Shown here: positions 1 through 9,852 of the stretch, in pieces
Numbering within the stretch: position 1 is the stretch's first letter
How the letters are laid out: the number at the start of each line of letters is the position of its first letter
Assembly (NCBI GenBank): GCA_965199825.1
Contig: OZ241329.1
Coordinates: 1,632,001 to 1,696,000, forward strand
Length of the DNA stretch: 64,000 bases
Direction of reading: 5' to 3'
From: Bdellovibrionales bacterium
GTDB lineage: Bacteria; Bdellovibrionota; Bdellovibrionia; Bdellovibrionales; UBA1609
The notes under the pieces: model-generated
Databases searched by the model: none
Seen by the model: only the letters and a program-made list of their open reading frames with translations
Told to the model about the DNA's origin: nothing
Position numbers and translations under genes: made by a program

Positions 1-66
1 CAGACACGCTAGACTTAGGATCTAGTGCCGTAAGGTGTGCAGGTTCAAGTCCTGTCTCGGGTACCA
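1..66 (+). tRNA. tRNA-Leu(TAG), 5' end cut by window edge
   Basis: Anticodon arm CTAGA-CTTAGGA-TCTAG, long variable arm, T-loop GGTTCAAGTCC, encoded CCA at 64-66. Confidence 0.95.
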
Positions 67-141
67 AAAAACCTAATCTTAAAAGCTCAGACATGCTTCA
101 GCTTCGCTGAAGAACTCGCTTTTAAGATTAGGTTTTTTTTT
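66..141 (+). terminator. Long hairpin / probable intrinsic terminator after tRNA-Leu
   Basis: Perfect 21-bp inverted repeat (66-86 / 118-138) enclosing an inner CTTCAGC/GCTGAAG hairpin, followed by T-runs. Confidence 0.6.
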
Positions 142-209
142 ACTTTTTTTTTGGATTGGTGTTGGGATTTGAGTTCCTATGGGTTTTTGGCGTTAGCGGT
201 TGAATATTT

Positions 210-935
210 ATGATCAGAAGTCTTTTAGTATTATTTTTTTTTGTATCTGTTAGTTGTTCTAAAAATAAACATTTGCCTTACGTAGTGCACCTGCCGCAGG
301 TTCATTCAACCGATAACGGCCTGTGGGAATCCGTTGAAGACAATCTTTCTTTAACCCAACAAATTATTGAGTCGCAGCTTGAGATACTCCATATCCTTTT
401 ACAACATCAGCCCGCTGCTGTTTTTGTAGAAGCATACATTCTTTTTGTTACCAGGTCTGATCTGTCACACTTTTATCTCCAAGATGTTCAAGAACATTTT
501 AGAGGTGCGATCCCAACAAGCGAGAGCGAACTGACAGAGACTCAAAGACAAATCCTCTATGAATTTGGCGCCCCATCTGTCGCTTTGGCCTTAGGTTCTA
601 TTTCCAAGATACATCCAACATCAGATTACCAATTTGAAGCGAGCATCCTTGCAAGGCTCAAACAGTTAATCTCAGCGCCACAAGCAGAAGGAATTTATTT
701 TTTGGAGGATGCAGAAGTCAAAAACTTGATTTTTGATATGAGAGAACAAAAAGCTTTAGAGAAAATAAAACAGTACGTCGAAATAAATAAACCTACAGCA
801 CAAATATTTCTTATTTATGGAGCTTTACATTACTTTTCTCCGTTCGATAGTAAACTCCCGTTTATCGTATTGAGAAAAATGGGATCTTGCTCTGAACTCC
901 TAGTTTCGAAATTAGGATTTAACAGCAAGTTGTAA
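210..935 (+). CDS. Exported/lipoprotein hypothetical, possible EreA/ChaN/TIKI-fold protein
   Basis: Signal peptide with Cys (VSVSC); motifs LPQVH, VFVE, MRE, IYGALH in the order typical of that superfamily. Confidence 0.6.
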   Translation: MIRSLLVLFFFVSVSCSKNKHLPYVVHLPQVHSTDNGLWESVEDNLSLTQQIIESQLEILHILLQHQPAAVFVEAYILFVTRSDLSHFYLQDVQEHFRGAIPTSESELTETQRQILYEFGAPSVALALGSISKIHPTSDYQFEASILARLKQLISAPQAEGIYFLEDAEVKNLIFDMREQKALEKIKQYVEINKPTAQIFLIYGALHYFSPFDSKLPFIVLRKMGSCSELLVSKLGFNSKL

Positions 936-1039
936 CTTGTGGTGCGTACCAAACCGGTGATGCGGATAAGTTAGAACCTTGCATCGCCTCATTTTCAAAA
1001 TGAGCAAAGTTGCTTAACCGTAAATTGATCCCGCCATGC

Positions 1040-1954
1040 TTATTTGTATTTGCGGTTGATGTTATATTTTCGTGCGAGTTCGATTTGTGGATTTACTTCA
1101 CCAGGAAAATTTTGAGCAAACCAGCTCACGTTTTTTTGAATAATTTTTTCTATTTTGTCATTGAGGTAGCCAGCATCGATTGCTACGTTTGCTTCATTAT
1201 CTAAATATGATTTTCTAATTCCCGGAAGGTCTATTACCGACCCAATATTCAACGCTCTTAATTGCGGAACTCCATCGGCATCAAATGTGTAGATTGGATC
1301 ACCAGAAGATCCGCCTCTTGTAGGACAGTCATGCAAATAAAGATGATCGATCGATTCGCTTCGAAGTCTGCAAGGAGATGTCCAAATTGAACCAAATTTT
1401 TTATCACCTTGGATGCCAGTAAGAGTGACATTTAGCTTCTCTTCGGCTTTTGCTAATTTTATCCAGCCAATCGTTTTAACAACTCCAATACATCTCTCAA
1501 CATGCAAGATAACCCAGTCATTTCCGTTTACATTGTCAGGTCCCCAAAGAATTGGTTTAGCGGCCAATGTGAAGAATTCATTGCTGCCGAGCTGCCCGAT
1601 CGTCAACGTGACCGTGAAATTCTCGGAATCGGCGTCCTCGTCGCCAAATACAGAATGACGAGCGGCTAGAACATGGCATGGAGATATGGTAAATGCTCCA
1701 GACCCCAGTTTATCTTTTTTATGATTAGACAAAATTTGTCGATTGGTTGCGATGCTGCCGATAAATCCCGCGAGAGGATCGTCTCCTATCGGCTCTCGAA
1801 GATCTTGAACAAAAATATTAGCTTTAAGAAAAACAGAATTGAGATCACCAATTGGAGCGTCCCAACCAATGGAAGGGATTGCGTAAAGATTTGAACTCAA
1901 CGTCATGGTCATTAAACAAAATAAGCAAATGTAAACTAATCTGAGATAATTCAT
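1040..1954 (-). CDS. Secreted trypsin-like (V8/S1B-type) serine protease
   Basis: Signal peptide; catalytic triad motifs LAARHS, NDWVIL, GGSSGDP. Confidence 0.85.
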   Translation of the reverse strand: MNYLRLVYICLFCLMTMTLSSNLYAIPSIGWDAPIGDLNSVFLKANIFVQDLREPIGDDPLAGFIGSIATNRQILSNHKKDKLGSGAFTISPCHVLAARHSVFGDEDADSENFTVTLTIGQLGSNEFFTLAAKPILWGPDNVNGNDWVILHVERCIGVVKTIGWIKLAKAEEKLNVTLTGIQGDKKFGSIWTSPCRLRSESIDHLYLHDCPTRGGSSGDPIYTFDADGVPQLRALNIGSVIDLPGIRKSYLDNEANVAIDAGYLNDKIEKIIQKNVSWFAQNFPGEVNPQIELARKYNINRKYK

Positions 1955-2202
1955 ACTAGAGCAGGCACTAGCATTTGCTTCGAAGTAAGGTCAACGATTA
2001 CGTCACCAAACAGTTTTAGTAGATATCGACGATTTATGAGTCGATCTCATGACCCTACGTCCACCAAAGCCACATTGAAAGATTCACTCTTGAACAGCTG
2101 ACTTATTTCATAAATGACTAAGACGATGACGTTCCATTTTATTTTTTGTTTGTCTTGGGGCATGACGATATAAGCGATTTAACAATTTTTTAAAGGTCCG
2201 CT

Positions 2203-3051
2203 ATGTTTTGTGGGAAACAGTTATTCAGTTTTGTAGCGTTAATAGTTTTGTTTAGTTCTGTTACAGCCGTTGCATCGACTCCAGCAGAAATTCTAAATTC
2301 TAACATTGAATTCCTAGAGCTTCCCGCAAACGCCAAGATCGCCTTAATTCGGGCTCATAATAAGCAATTTGGGCTAGGCCTTGCTCAAAGAGAATTCACC
2401 GTCGGTCATGTGGTTCGAACCTCTTCCCTGTATTTTGCTGCAGTGATAGGTAGTCGGCGAGTGATCGCAGAAATTAAAAGCTCATTAAATAAAAAAAATT
2501 TAAGGCTCGGTATGGTGCAGATCGAAATCGATGAATATTTGAAAAATGGAGAGACTCCACCTTTGTTTCAAAATTCAAGAATCGAAAATCTTCCGCTTAC
2601 ACATTCTGATCTAGTGCAACTTAACAATTCATGTATAAAAACGATTGATCAATTTTTTGGCCTTACGACGCAGGAGTTGTTAAAAAATCATTTCGACTCT
2701 CATACTGGAATATTTTTTAGAACCAAATTTCGCTATTATGATCTCTTCGAAAATTATGGCCATATTTTGTTTGACGATGTTGTGCACCGAGCTCAGTTTT
2801 CTCGCACGCATTTATCAGCGAATACGAGTCTTGATGGGGTTCGGATGAGTACTGAGTGTCGCAGATATTCAAAAAGCTTGGGGCTCAATACTGTTGGCGA
2901 TGTCAAAAATCTCCACGATAACTTCTTGCAAAATTCATCTTCATTTTTGCCAAAGAAAGAAAAAACCGAAATTGAATTTTTAGAACTGCGACGCGTGCTG
3001 AATGCTCTTATTCAAACGTCTTGCGAAGCAAACTTATTACCAAATTATTGA
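2203..3051 (+). CDS. Secreted protein with tandem RNA polymerase alpha-CTD-like repeats (paralog 1)
   Basis: Signal peptide; IEFLEL...IAEIKSSLNKKNLRLGM resembles alpha-CTD; collinear with 3758-4624. Confidence 0.7.
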   Translation: MFCGKQLFSFVALIVLFSSVTAVASTPAEILNSNIEFLELPANAKIALIRAHNKQFGLGLAQREFTVGHVVRTSSLYFAAVIGSRRVIAEIKSSLNKKNLRLGMVQIEIDEYLKNGETPPLFQNSRIENLPLTHSDLVQLNNSCIKTIDQFFGLTTQELLKNHFDSHTGIFFRTKFRYYDLFENYGHILFDDVVHRAQFSRTHLSANTSLDGVRMSTECRRYSKSLGLNTVGDVKNLHDNFLQNSSSFLPKKEKTEIEFLELRRVLNALIQTSCEANLLPNY

Positions 3052-3091
3052 ACGCTGATCTGAATATTTGCCCAAAAGTTACGCCACGTGA

Positions 3092-3583
3092 TTAGCCGTA
3101 CCACAATTTCCATTCTGCTTTGAGGTTGCGGTACGACTCACATTCTTCTACCGCCTGCCATGCGACTTTAAAAATTTCTGCGCATTGGGCTTTGATGGGG
3201 TCAGGATCGTTTGCAAGCTTTGAACGTCCATGACTGCCGCTCACACCTTTTAATTCCTGTGGAACGGGGCCATCATATTTTTTTCCGGAGCGATGATTGG
3301 CGTAGCGTCGAGACCGGGTGTAACCCATTTGCAAAAATTTGCGGGCCATGTCCATTCCGGCAAAATCATTCTCAGATTTATACTTGTGAAAGGCTTGTGA
3401 GATTGCTTGAGCCGATTTTTCTGCGAGATCAGGAGTCTTAAATTTCCATAAGGGCAATATTTCTGATTTGTACGGTTCGACGAGCAAAACGCCTTGTTCA
3501 CCAATACCTACGCGGTAGAGCTCTGGACGTTCGCGGAAATTTATTTTTTTAAAATCTTGAGTGTAGTCAAAGGCCATAGCCAT
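3092..3583 (-). CDS. DUF4385 family protein
   Basis: GEQGVLLVEPYKSEILPLWKFKTP and GMDMARKFLQMGYTRSRRYANH motifs. Confidence 0.85.
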   Translation of the reverse strand: MAMAFDYTQDFKKINFRERPELYRVGIGEQGVLLVEPYKSEILPLWKFKTPDLAEKSAQAISQAFHKYKSENDFAGMDMARKFLQMGYTRSRRYANHRSGKKYDGPVPQELKGVSGSHGRSKLANDPDPIKAQCAEIFKVAWQAVEECESYRNLKAEWKLWYG

Positions 3584-3757
3584 CAAGTCTTATGAGTTTT
3601 AGAAGTCCCAATCAATACCTAACACTCACTTTATTTCAGAGGTGTCTAACAGTCTCACCCAACATGTAAGGCAGGCGCTCTCTTAACTACTGCTAAGGCT
3701 TTTTTAAAAGGCATGGATGTTGAATTGATTATCAAAAAATATTTTAATTGAAGAGGT

Positions 3758-4624
3758 TTGTCGGTGGTCTTTGCAAGGAAGTCTTTATTTGTAGTTACCG
3801 CAATTCTTTTATCCACATCCTCAATTACGTTCGCTGACGAGTCTGAGTCTAATGCTTCTGCGAAAAGAATTTTAAATTCTGGAATTGAAATATTGGGTTT
3901 ATCTTCAAGTAATCAGCTCGAACTGGCGCGCGGTTATGAGATTCAATTCCAAAAACCTCTCAAATGGGAGGACTTCAAGGTTTTAAGGGCGGTCCAAATT
4001 TCTTCTGTTTACCTGACTGGAGATACCGGTTCAAAGGGCCCCGTTGCACAAATTAAAAAAGCTCTGAGTAAATATAATCTTCGCCTTGGGATGGTGAAGG
4101 AAGAAATTGATTATTTCAAAGTCCATGGCGATTCTAAGGGTTTCTTTGCTCAATCACGGATTGAATACCTGCCGTTAGAAAAGGATGATTTGGTTCGTCT
4201 CAATGCTGCTAAGGTGATCACGATTGCTCAATTTTTTTCACGGACAGTCCAAGACTTTTTAATTGATCCCACTGATTCTTTTAGTCCCGATTTCAATGCT
4301 AAAAAGCAAGTATTTGGCGAAATTTTTGAATTTTACAAAAAAACCTTGGATGATGATGTGATTCAACGATCATATCGAAAACACAACCAACTATTTCCTG
4401 AAGTCTCTTTAAACCGAGTTCGAATGAGTTCGAGTTTAAGAGGAATTTTAGAAAAATCGAATCTCATTACTGTTGGACCAATTGCTAAGCTTTCCGATGA
4501 AGAAGCGGTGACACTGGTTTCGCATCACCATATGGAGTCCAAAGTCGAAGTTGAATTTTATGAGTTGCGAGAGCATCTCATTCAACTGACTGCCTCAGCA
4601 TGCCAAGGGGCCTTAACTAACTAA
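3758..4624 (+). CDS. Secreted protein with tandem RNA polymerase alpha-CTD-like repeats (paralog 2)
   Basis: TTG start after GAGG; signal peptide; AQIKKALSKYNLRLGM, SRIEYLPL; paralog of 2203-3051. Confidence 0.7.
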   Translation: MSVVFARKSLFVVTAILLSTSSITFADESESNASAKRILNSGIEILGLSSSNQLELARGYEIQFQKPLKWEDFKVLRAVQISSVYLTGDTGSKGPVAQIKKALSKYNLRLGMVKEEIDYFKVHGDSKGFFAQSRIEYLPLEKDDLVRLNAAKVITIAQFFSRTVQDFLIDPTDSFSPDFNAKKQVFGEIFEFYKKTLDDDVIQRSYRKHNQLFPEVSLNRVRMSSSLRGILEKSNLITVGPIAKLSDEEAVTLVSHHHMESKVEVEFYELREHLIQLTASACQGALTN

Positions 4625-4883
4625 GTTCGGCCGAGCTCATAAAAGCTTTTAAATCTTTATTCGCCTCTGGATCTTGGGACACAGCTTGTGGATCTAACTT
4701 CTCGAGGTGAAGTCCATTGAAATTCTTGAGTTGTTCTGAGAGTTTTGTTTGATCAAGCGGCGTGGCGATCCATAGTCCATTGCTGGATTGGATCACTTTT
4801 GACCCACCTGATTTAAGCGTATCAATAATTTCTGTTTGGGCAGCGGATGCGCCCTGACCAAAAGTCATCGCAAAAAAATTCAT
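4617..4883 (-). CDS. Hypothetical protein (88 aa)
   Basis: ATGA overlap with upstream nitroreductase; protein-like composition. Confidence 0.65.
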   Translation of the reverse strand: MNFFAMTFGQGASAAQTEIIDTLKSGGSKVIQSSNGLWIATPLDQTKLSEQLKNFNGLHLEKLDPQAVSQDPEANKDLKAFMSSAELS

Positions 4884-5497
4884 ATGATCGAAAAAAACTT
4901 TTCTTTGGGCTGACGCACTTTTTTGAAGTGCTGAAATTGATCATTAGGACTTCGATATCCCAATGCGACCACTGCGATGGTGTGTAGGTCGGTTGCATCT
5001 AAGATGCGGTCGTATTCGGCGCCGTTAATACCCTCCATAGGACAGGCATCAACTTTGTTAACCGCTGCAGCATAAAGCATAAATCCCATCGCGATATAGG
5101 CTTGCCGTTTACACCATTCTTGCGATTCAACCGTTTCGGGTTTTTGGGCAATTGAGTTGACCATCACATCGCGAAAATCTTTAAGGACTTCTGTGCCGAC
5201 ACCACGAGTTTTTGAAATGAGCTCGACATAGTTGTCGACAAAACTCTCGTCCATTCTTTTTTCGATCTGAAACACAATCAAATCTGAGCAATCTGTAATT
5301 TGGGATTGATTGTAGGAGACCTCGCGCAATTGTTTTCGGATATCGCGGTCTTCTATCAATATCAAATGATAGGGCTGAAGACCAAATGAGGAGGGTGCGA
5401 GGCGTGCTGCCTCCATGACCGCATCGAGTTTGTCTCGAGAAATTTTTCTGCTGGGATCAAAAGTCTTAACCGCATATCGCCAATTGAGTGCATCCAT
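4880..5497 (-). CDS. NAD(P)H-dependent nitroreductase (NfsB-like)
   Basis: WRYAVKTFD, RLAPSSFGLQP, DACPMEG motifs. Confidence 0.92.
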   Translation of the reverse strand: MDALNWRYAVKTFDPSRKISRDKLDAVMEAARLAPSSFGLQPYHLILIEDRDIRKQLREVSYNQSQITDCSDLIVFQIEKRMDESFVDNYVELISKTRGVGTEVLKDFRDVMVNSIAQKPETVESQEWCKRQAYIAMGFMLYAAAVNKVDACPMEGINGAEYDRILDATDLHTIAVVALGYRSPNDQFQHFKKVRQPKEKFFSII

Positions 5498-5558
5498 GAT
5501 CAAAAGGGTAGTCGTTTAAAAAAAGGGGCGCAAGCAAGTCAGGTGGAGCTGTGCGCTA

Positions 5559-6986
5559 TCAGGGTAGGCCAACGTCACCAGACCGTCTTAAAGACGACAA
5601 ATCCCTAAATGATTTGGTTGGTATTTGCTCAGGGGTGGTGCTGTGTTTAATGATCATCAAGCCACAATTTTGTTTTTCACATCGTGAGGCATAGCCTTGA
5701 GCAAAAAACTTTCCTTTATAATAAACCTTCATCCCGATTTGCTGATTGTTAAAGGCCTCATTCAAAGTCGACATCAGCAACCCTTCACTCGGCACAACCG
5801 GATCAAGCACAATACTTAAATTTCCGTTGTTCGCAAAAGCGGTTCGACTGAGCAAGATTCGGCTCTCATCTTTGGTTTCATCAATATAAAGCGAAAAGGT
5901 TTTTGGATTTTGGGGGCCGTGATGAGGATAAACACTTTGGCTTGCTCTGCCCGAGATACAGGGACGAGTCGAGGGCTGCCCATCACAAAAAGTTACAAGC
6001 TCGCGAGGGGGCACAGAGATCAATTGAAAGTAGGCCATTTCAATTCCCGCCGTGGTATCTGCAGATTCAAAAATCAAAAACGTCTCGCCCTTATTCCAGA
6101 GTGAGCATGGGATATTTCCTGTAGCCGGATTATTTGTAGGATCACATACATTTGTTGCATCACTTAAAAAGCGATCAAACATCTGTTGGTCTTTTATTCC
6201 TCGACTCATGGTAAACACAAAACTGTGTGAGCCATTGCCCAGAACTGGCCGGTAGGGTCCGCGCAAAAATGGATATCCGCCAAGCCCTGGACGAAATGTC
6301 TGGGGCGCAGCCGGTGTTGGCTCAGCTGGAATTTCGGGTCGCGGCTTTGGATTTCGTGGCTGCGGCGACACCGTGATTGAAAATCCATCATCCTGGGATT
6401 CGACCGGTTTTTGAGGTGTTTGCGGTGTGATCACAATTTCGGCTGGCTTTGCTTGTCGCGGTTTTTGGGGTTCGGGGGGCATAAGGCGAACCGTTGGTGG
6501 CCGCGGCTCAGTCGGAGGCAGTGGCATCGCTTCGATCGGAATTGGCTGACTTGGCTCAATCGCACGAGGGGTCAGAGTCAGTGTGCGCGGCGCCTCGGGT
6601 GGCGGCGTCGGAAGAGCCAAAGCTCGTGGCACGGTGAGCGAAGGTAGAGTGGGCTTGGGTGCTTCAACTCGTGGAGTAATTTCGGGCAATGGGCGTTCGA
6701 CAACAGGCGGTGTTGGCTTAAGCGGAGGCAGAGGTGGCCTTGCCGCAGGAACCGGTTTTACGGGCTCAACAAGTGGGATGCGAGGAGGCGTCGGTTTTTC
6801 AACGATCGGCGAGGGCGATCTTTCTGGCCTTGCTGGAGGTGCTTCGATGGATTGACGTGGAGTGCTTCGCGGCTGTTCCACAGAACGGTGTTCACCCCAC
6901 GCTGGGGGCGCACTGTTTTTATAGTCGTCGAGTTCATCGAAGACATTGGCTTGGGCAAAAAGAGAGAGAAGTAAAATAAGATGCAC
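5559..6986 (-). CDS. Secreted protein with long Pro-rich stalk and Cys-containing C-terminal domain
   Basis: Signal peptide (probable GTG at 6986), about 200-aa Pro/Thr/Glu-rich region, globular C-terminus. Confidence 0.75.
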   Translation of the reverse strand: MHLILLLSLFAQANVFDELDDYKNSAPPAWGEHRSVEQPRSTPRQSIEAPPARPERSPSPIVEKPTPPRIPLVEPVKPVPAARPPLPPLKPTPPVVERPLPEITPRVEAPKPTLPSLTVPRALALPTPPPEAPRTLTLTPRAIEPSQPIPIEAMPLPPTEPRPPTVRLMPPEPQKPRQAKPAEIVITPQTPQKPVESQDDGFSITVSPQPRNPKPRPEIPAEPTPAAPQTFRPGLGGYPFLRGPYRPVLGNGSHSFVFTMSRGIKDQQMFDRFLSDATNVCDPTNNPATGNIPCSLWNKGETFLIFESADTTAGIEMAYFQLISVPPRELVTFCDGQPSTRPCISGRASQSVYPHHGPQNPKTFSLYIDETKDESRILLSRTAFANNGNLSIVLDPVVPSEGLLMSTLNEAFNNQQIGMKVYYKGKFFAQGYASRCEKQNCGLMIIKHSTTPEQIPTKSFRDLSSLRRSGDVGLP

Positions 6987-6997
6987 AACACACAAAT

Positions 6998-7013
6998 TGC
7001 AACCGCGGTGCCC
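6998..7013 (-). promoter_or_regulatory. Putative sigma-54 (-24/-12) promoter
   Basis: Minus strand GGCACCGCGGTTGCA (GG-N10-GC), close to TGGCACG-N4-TTGCW. Confidence 0.6.
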
Positions 7014-7100
7014 CTCTCAGTGCGCGATAAATAACAATCGAGCAAGACTTCGATGCTCGGCACTTTGACACCAAGGTACAACTTTCATAACTTCAAATTT

Positions 7101-7637
7101 ATGAATCCATGGCACGACGTCATCATAGGTCCTGATGCTCCAAATATTTTAAACGCGGTCATTGAAATCCCAAAGGGATCAAAAGCAAAGTATGAACTCG
7201 ATAAAGAAACGGGCTTACTGAGGCTTGATCGATTTCTTTACAGCTCGGTTCATTATCCCTGCAATTACGGTTTTATTCCCCAAACCTATTGCGAGGATCA
7301 TGATCCCCTAGATATTTTGGTGTTGGGTCAAGAGCCAGTTGTGCCTTTGTGTTTGGTGCGAGCCAAACCCATTGGTGTGATGAAGATGATCGATCACGGT
7401 GAGGCCGATGACAAAATCATTGCGGTCCATGCTGATGATCCAGAGTATGCCCACTTTAATTGTATCGATGAATTAGCCCCTCATCGCATGATTGAGGTCC
7501 AAAGATTTTTTGAGGATTATAAGATTTTAGAAAACAAACATGTGGTGATCGAAAAGTTTTTTAAAAGCACCGAGGCGTATCAAATTATCCAAAGTGCGAT
7601 CGATCTGTACAACAAAACTTTTAAACTAAAAAAGTAG
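7101..7637 (+). CDS. ppa: Inorganic pyrophosphatase (family I)
   Basis: [42 protein letters not shown]. Confidence 0.96.
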   Translation: MNPWHDVIIGPDAPNILNAVIEIPKGSKAKYELDKETGLLRLDRFLYSSVHYPCNYGFIPQTYCEDHDPLDILVLGQEPVVPLCLVRAKPIGVMKMIDHGEADDKIIAVHADDPEYAHFNCIDELAPHRMIEVQRFFEDYKILENKHVVIEKFFKSTEAYQIIQSAIDLYNKTFKLKK

Positions 7638-8339
7638 AGTTCCGGTCACACCAACCATCCCGTTCGAATCGAGCTGCGGCAATATCGAAAACGCTTTGCC
7701 ATTCGAATCTGGCATATGGTGTTGGCTATAACTGTGACCAACAAGATAGCCTAAAGTTGAACCAAAAATCACATCCGACAAATGATGTCGACCCGACGCC
7801 ATCCGACTGACCGCGGTCAACGCGGTTAAAAAATAAAAAGGTGCAGCGGTTTCAAAACCATAAAACTGATCGATCACTGCAGCAGTGGTCATCAAAGTGG
7901 ACGTGTGTCCGGAGGGAAATGAATAGTGATCTCCCCCATCGGGCCGTTCATGAGGAATCGCTAATTTTAACACGGTAGTGTAGCCAAGATTTGCCACCAG
8001 GGCCTCGAGCTGAGCTTCACCAAATTGCAGAGAATGGTCATCATCGTTGAGATACGCATGTAAGAGTGCGGCAGCTCCAACGCCGACGCCGATAATCCCT
8101 GTGCCCAAAAATTGATTGCCAATATTCTCTAATCCACCAAGACGATTGCGATTAGAAAAATACTGATCCACTGAGGAGTCCAACAAAATTAAACTTAAAC
8201 CCGTAGCCGACAGGCCATAAACAAAAACTTCAAGATTCTGTTTGGCAAATAAATCGATGCTGCCTTTTTTCATATGTTCAAACGGATTGTAGGCGAGGGC
8301 CTGAGATCCAATAAAAAATAAAACTAAAAATCGCATCAC
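7626..8339 (-). CDS. PAP2 superfamily phosphatase
   Basis: [22 protein letters not shown] motifs. Confidence 0.9.
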   Translation of the reverse strand: MMRFLVLFFIGSQALAYNPFEHMKKGSIDLFAKQNLEVFVYGLSATGLSLILLDSSVDQYFSNRNRLGGLENIGNQFLGTGIIGVGVGAAALLHAYLNDDDHSLQFGEAQLEALVANLGYTTVLKLAIPHERPDGGDHYSFPSGHTSTLMTTAAVIDQFYGFETAAPFYFLTALTAVSRMASGRHHLSDVIFGSTLGYLVGHSYSQHHMPDSNGKAFSILPQLDSNGMVGVTGTLLF

Positions 8340-8343
8340 GTTT

Positions 8344-9174
8344 TTAAAAACTCCAGTGGGCCGACATAATGGGCTCGCCCTCGTAAGAGGTTGTCGGCAT
8401 GATCAAAGGCCAAGCCGAATTTAATTTTGATTTTGGATGATTGCGACGAGTGATCACTTTTGAAAAGCTATAGCTCAATGCAATTGCAATCGGCATATCA
8501 CTCCACCAGTGAATTCCGGTTCCAACAAGTCCCATCGAAACCCAACCCAACGCAGGATAAGCAATATAAGGCATCCAAGTTTGTTCAGGATAATTGTCCA
8601 TAATGATAAAGAGGCTTACAGAAAACGACTGCAGATGACCCGACGGCATCGCATCGTACTCTTGAGTGTTATGAGAGTAATCCACCTGACTCGGAAGCAA
8701 ACGCCAACGGCCTGTTCGCGAGGTGCTCTTGAAAGGACTTTGTCGACCTGTGGTGTGCTTCATCAATTGAACAATAATGCCGCTCGACAGAATTCCCTCA
8801 CCAATTTGATAGGCGGTTCTTAATGCTCGTCGATCAAAAATTCCGGCAGCCAAAAATCCACCGATCGCCACATACTGAAAGGGCCCTTTACTAAAGCTCT
8901 CACCCGCATCGACGATATCGTGAAAGTTATCGTTTGTGTCATATTGGCGTTTTTCAGCCTGCCAAGTTTCATAATCGGTCATGGTCATCACCCCGGTGAT
9001 CGCGGTGAGGCTTAAGAGTGACGGGATATTTTGTTTGGTAAATGTGTCTTGAGCCCAGTCGCTAAGATTGCTCGGAATGTTGGTGATGATTTTGTAGAAC
9101 TTGGGCCGCTCCACCTCTTCACTTGCTTGGACCGAAAAATGAAAGACGAATAAAATAACTGCTAAACTTTTCAT
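8344..9174 (-). CDS. PAP2 superfamily phosphatase (divergent)
   Basis: KHTTGRQSP, MPSGH, HWWSD; ATGA-coupled to upstream gene. Confidence 0.85.
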   Translation of the reverse strand: MKSLAVILFVFHFSVQASEEVERPKFYKIITNIPSNLSDWAQDTFTKQNIPSLLSLTAITGVMTMTDYETWQAEKRQYDTNDNFHDIVDAGESFSKGPFQYVAIGGFLAAGIFDRRALRTAYQIGEGILSSGIIVQLMKHTTGRQSPFKSTSRTGRWRLLPSQVDYSHNTQEYDAMPSGHLQSFSVSLFIIMDNYPEQTWMPYIAYPALGWVSMGLVGTGIHWWSDMPIAIALSYSFSKVITRRNHPKSKLNSAWPLIMPTTSYEGEPIMSAHWSF

Positions 9175-9770
9175 AATAAAACTCCCAGCCGCACAAGCGC
9201 ACCCCAAAGTGTGTTTGGTCCTGCGGTCGAATAGTAGGGCCCAACCTCAATGAGAGTATGTGCAACCCCAAAAAAATCAAATCCATATCCAAATCCTCCG
9301 CGCACCATCACTCCGGTATCATTGGTGGAGGAATTTGGAATCAAGGAGGTTTGGGTAACAATTTGTAAACTCTCAACCCCTAGATCAAAATGATAATAAT
9401 AACCTGAGCCAATAGTAGGTTTTAAAAAATTCATATAGGTGAAAAGCCCAGAATAGGAACGAATCGCCAGCCTGCGCTGATCGCGTTGATCGCGACCGAA
9501 TTCTTCGAGCAGTGCGCTTGCCAAAAATCCAAAAAGTTTTTGATCGTCTAAGCGGTAGTAGGCCCCTGGCAGCTCAAGCAGTCCACCCGAGATACTCCAC
9601 AATCCGTCGGCATGGGCCTCGCCAATTTTTTGTTGCAGGTTTGAATCATGCTGAGGATAGGGCGAAAAACCGGTGCCCACATAAAAATACCACTGATCTT
9701 GAACCCCTTCTTCGGCAGAGACAGCTTGGTTAAACAAACCGAGCGCCAAAATGATAATCAAAACTGGCAT
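9171..9770 (-). CDS. Outer-membrane beta-barrel-like protein
   Basis: Signal peptide, aromatic/Gly-rich amphipathic strands; AAGGA RBS before ATG 9770. Confidence 0.65.
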   Translation of the reverse strand: MPVLIIILALGLFNQAVSAEEGVQDQWYFYVGTGFSPYPQHDSNLQQKIGEAHADGLWSISGGLLELPGAYYRLDDQKLFGFLASALLEEFGRDQRDQRRLAIRSYSGLFTYMNFLKPTIGSGYYYHFDLGVESLQIVTQTSLIPNSSTNDTGVMVRGGFGYGFDFFGVAHTLIEVGPYYSTAGPNTLWGALVRLGVLL

Positions 9771-9852
9771 TTTTTCCTTTACCTTATTCATTCTTTTAGA
9801 GAAGTCGCGACAGTGCGATACTCCAGCAATGAATTTTGAATTTGATTTCGCC

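Noticed and set aside
936..1040. Structured ncRNA between convergent genes
   Set aside because: Only short palindromes (CTCATTTTCAAAATGAG); no recognisable motif
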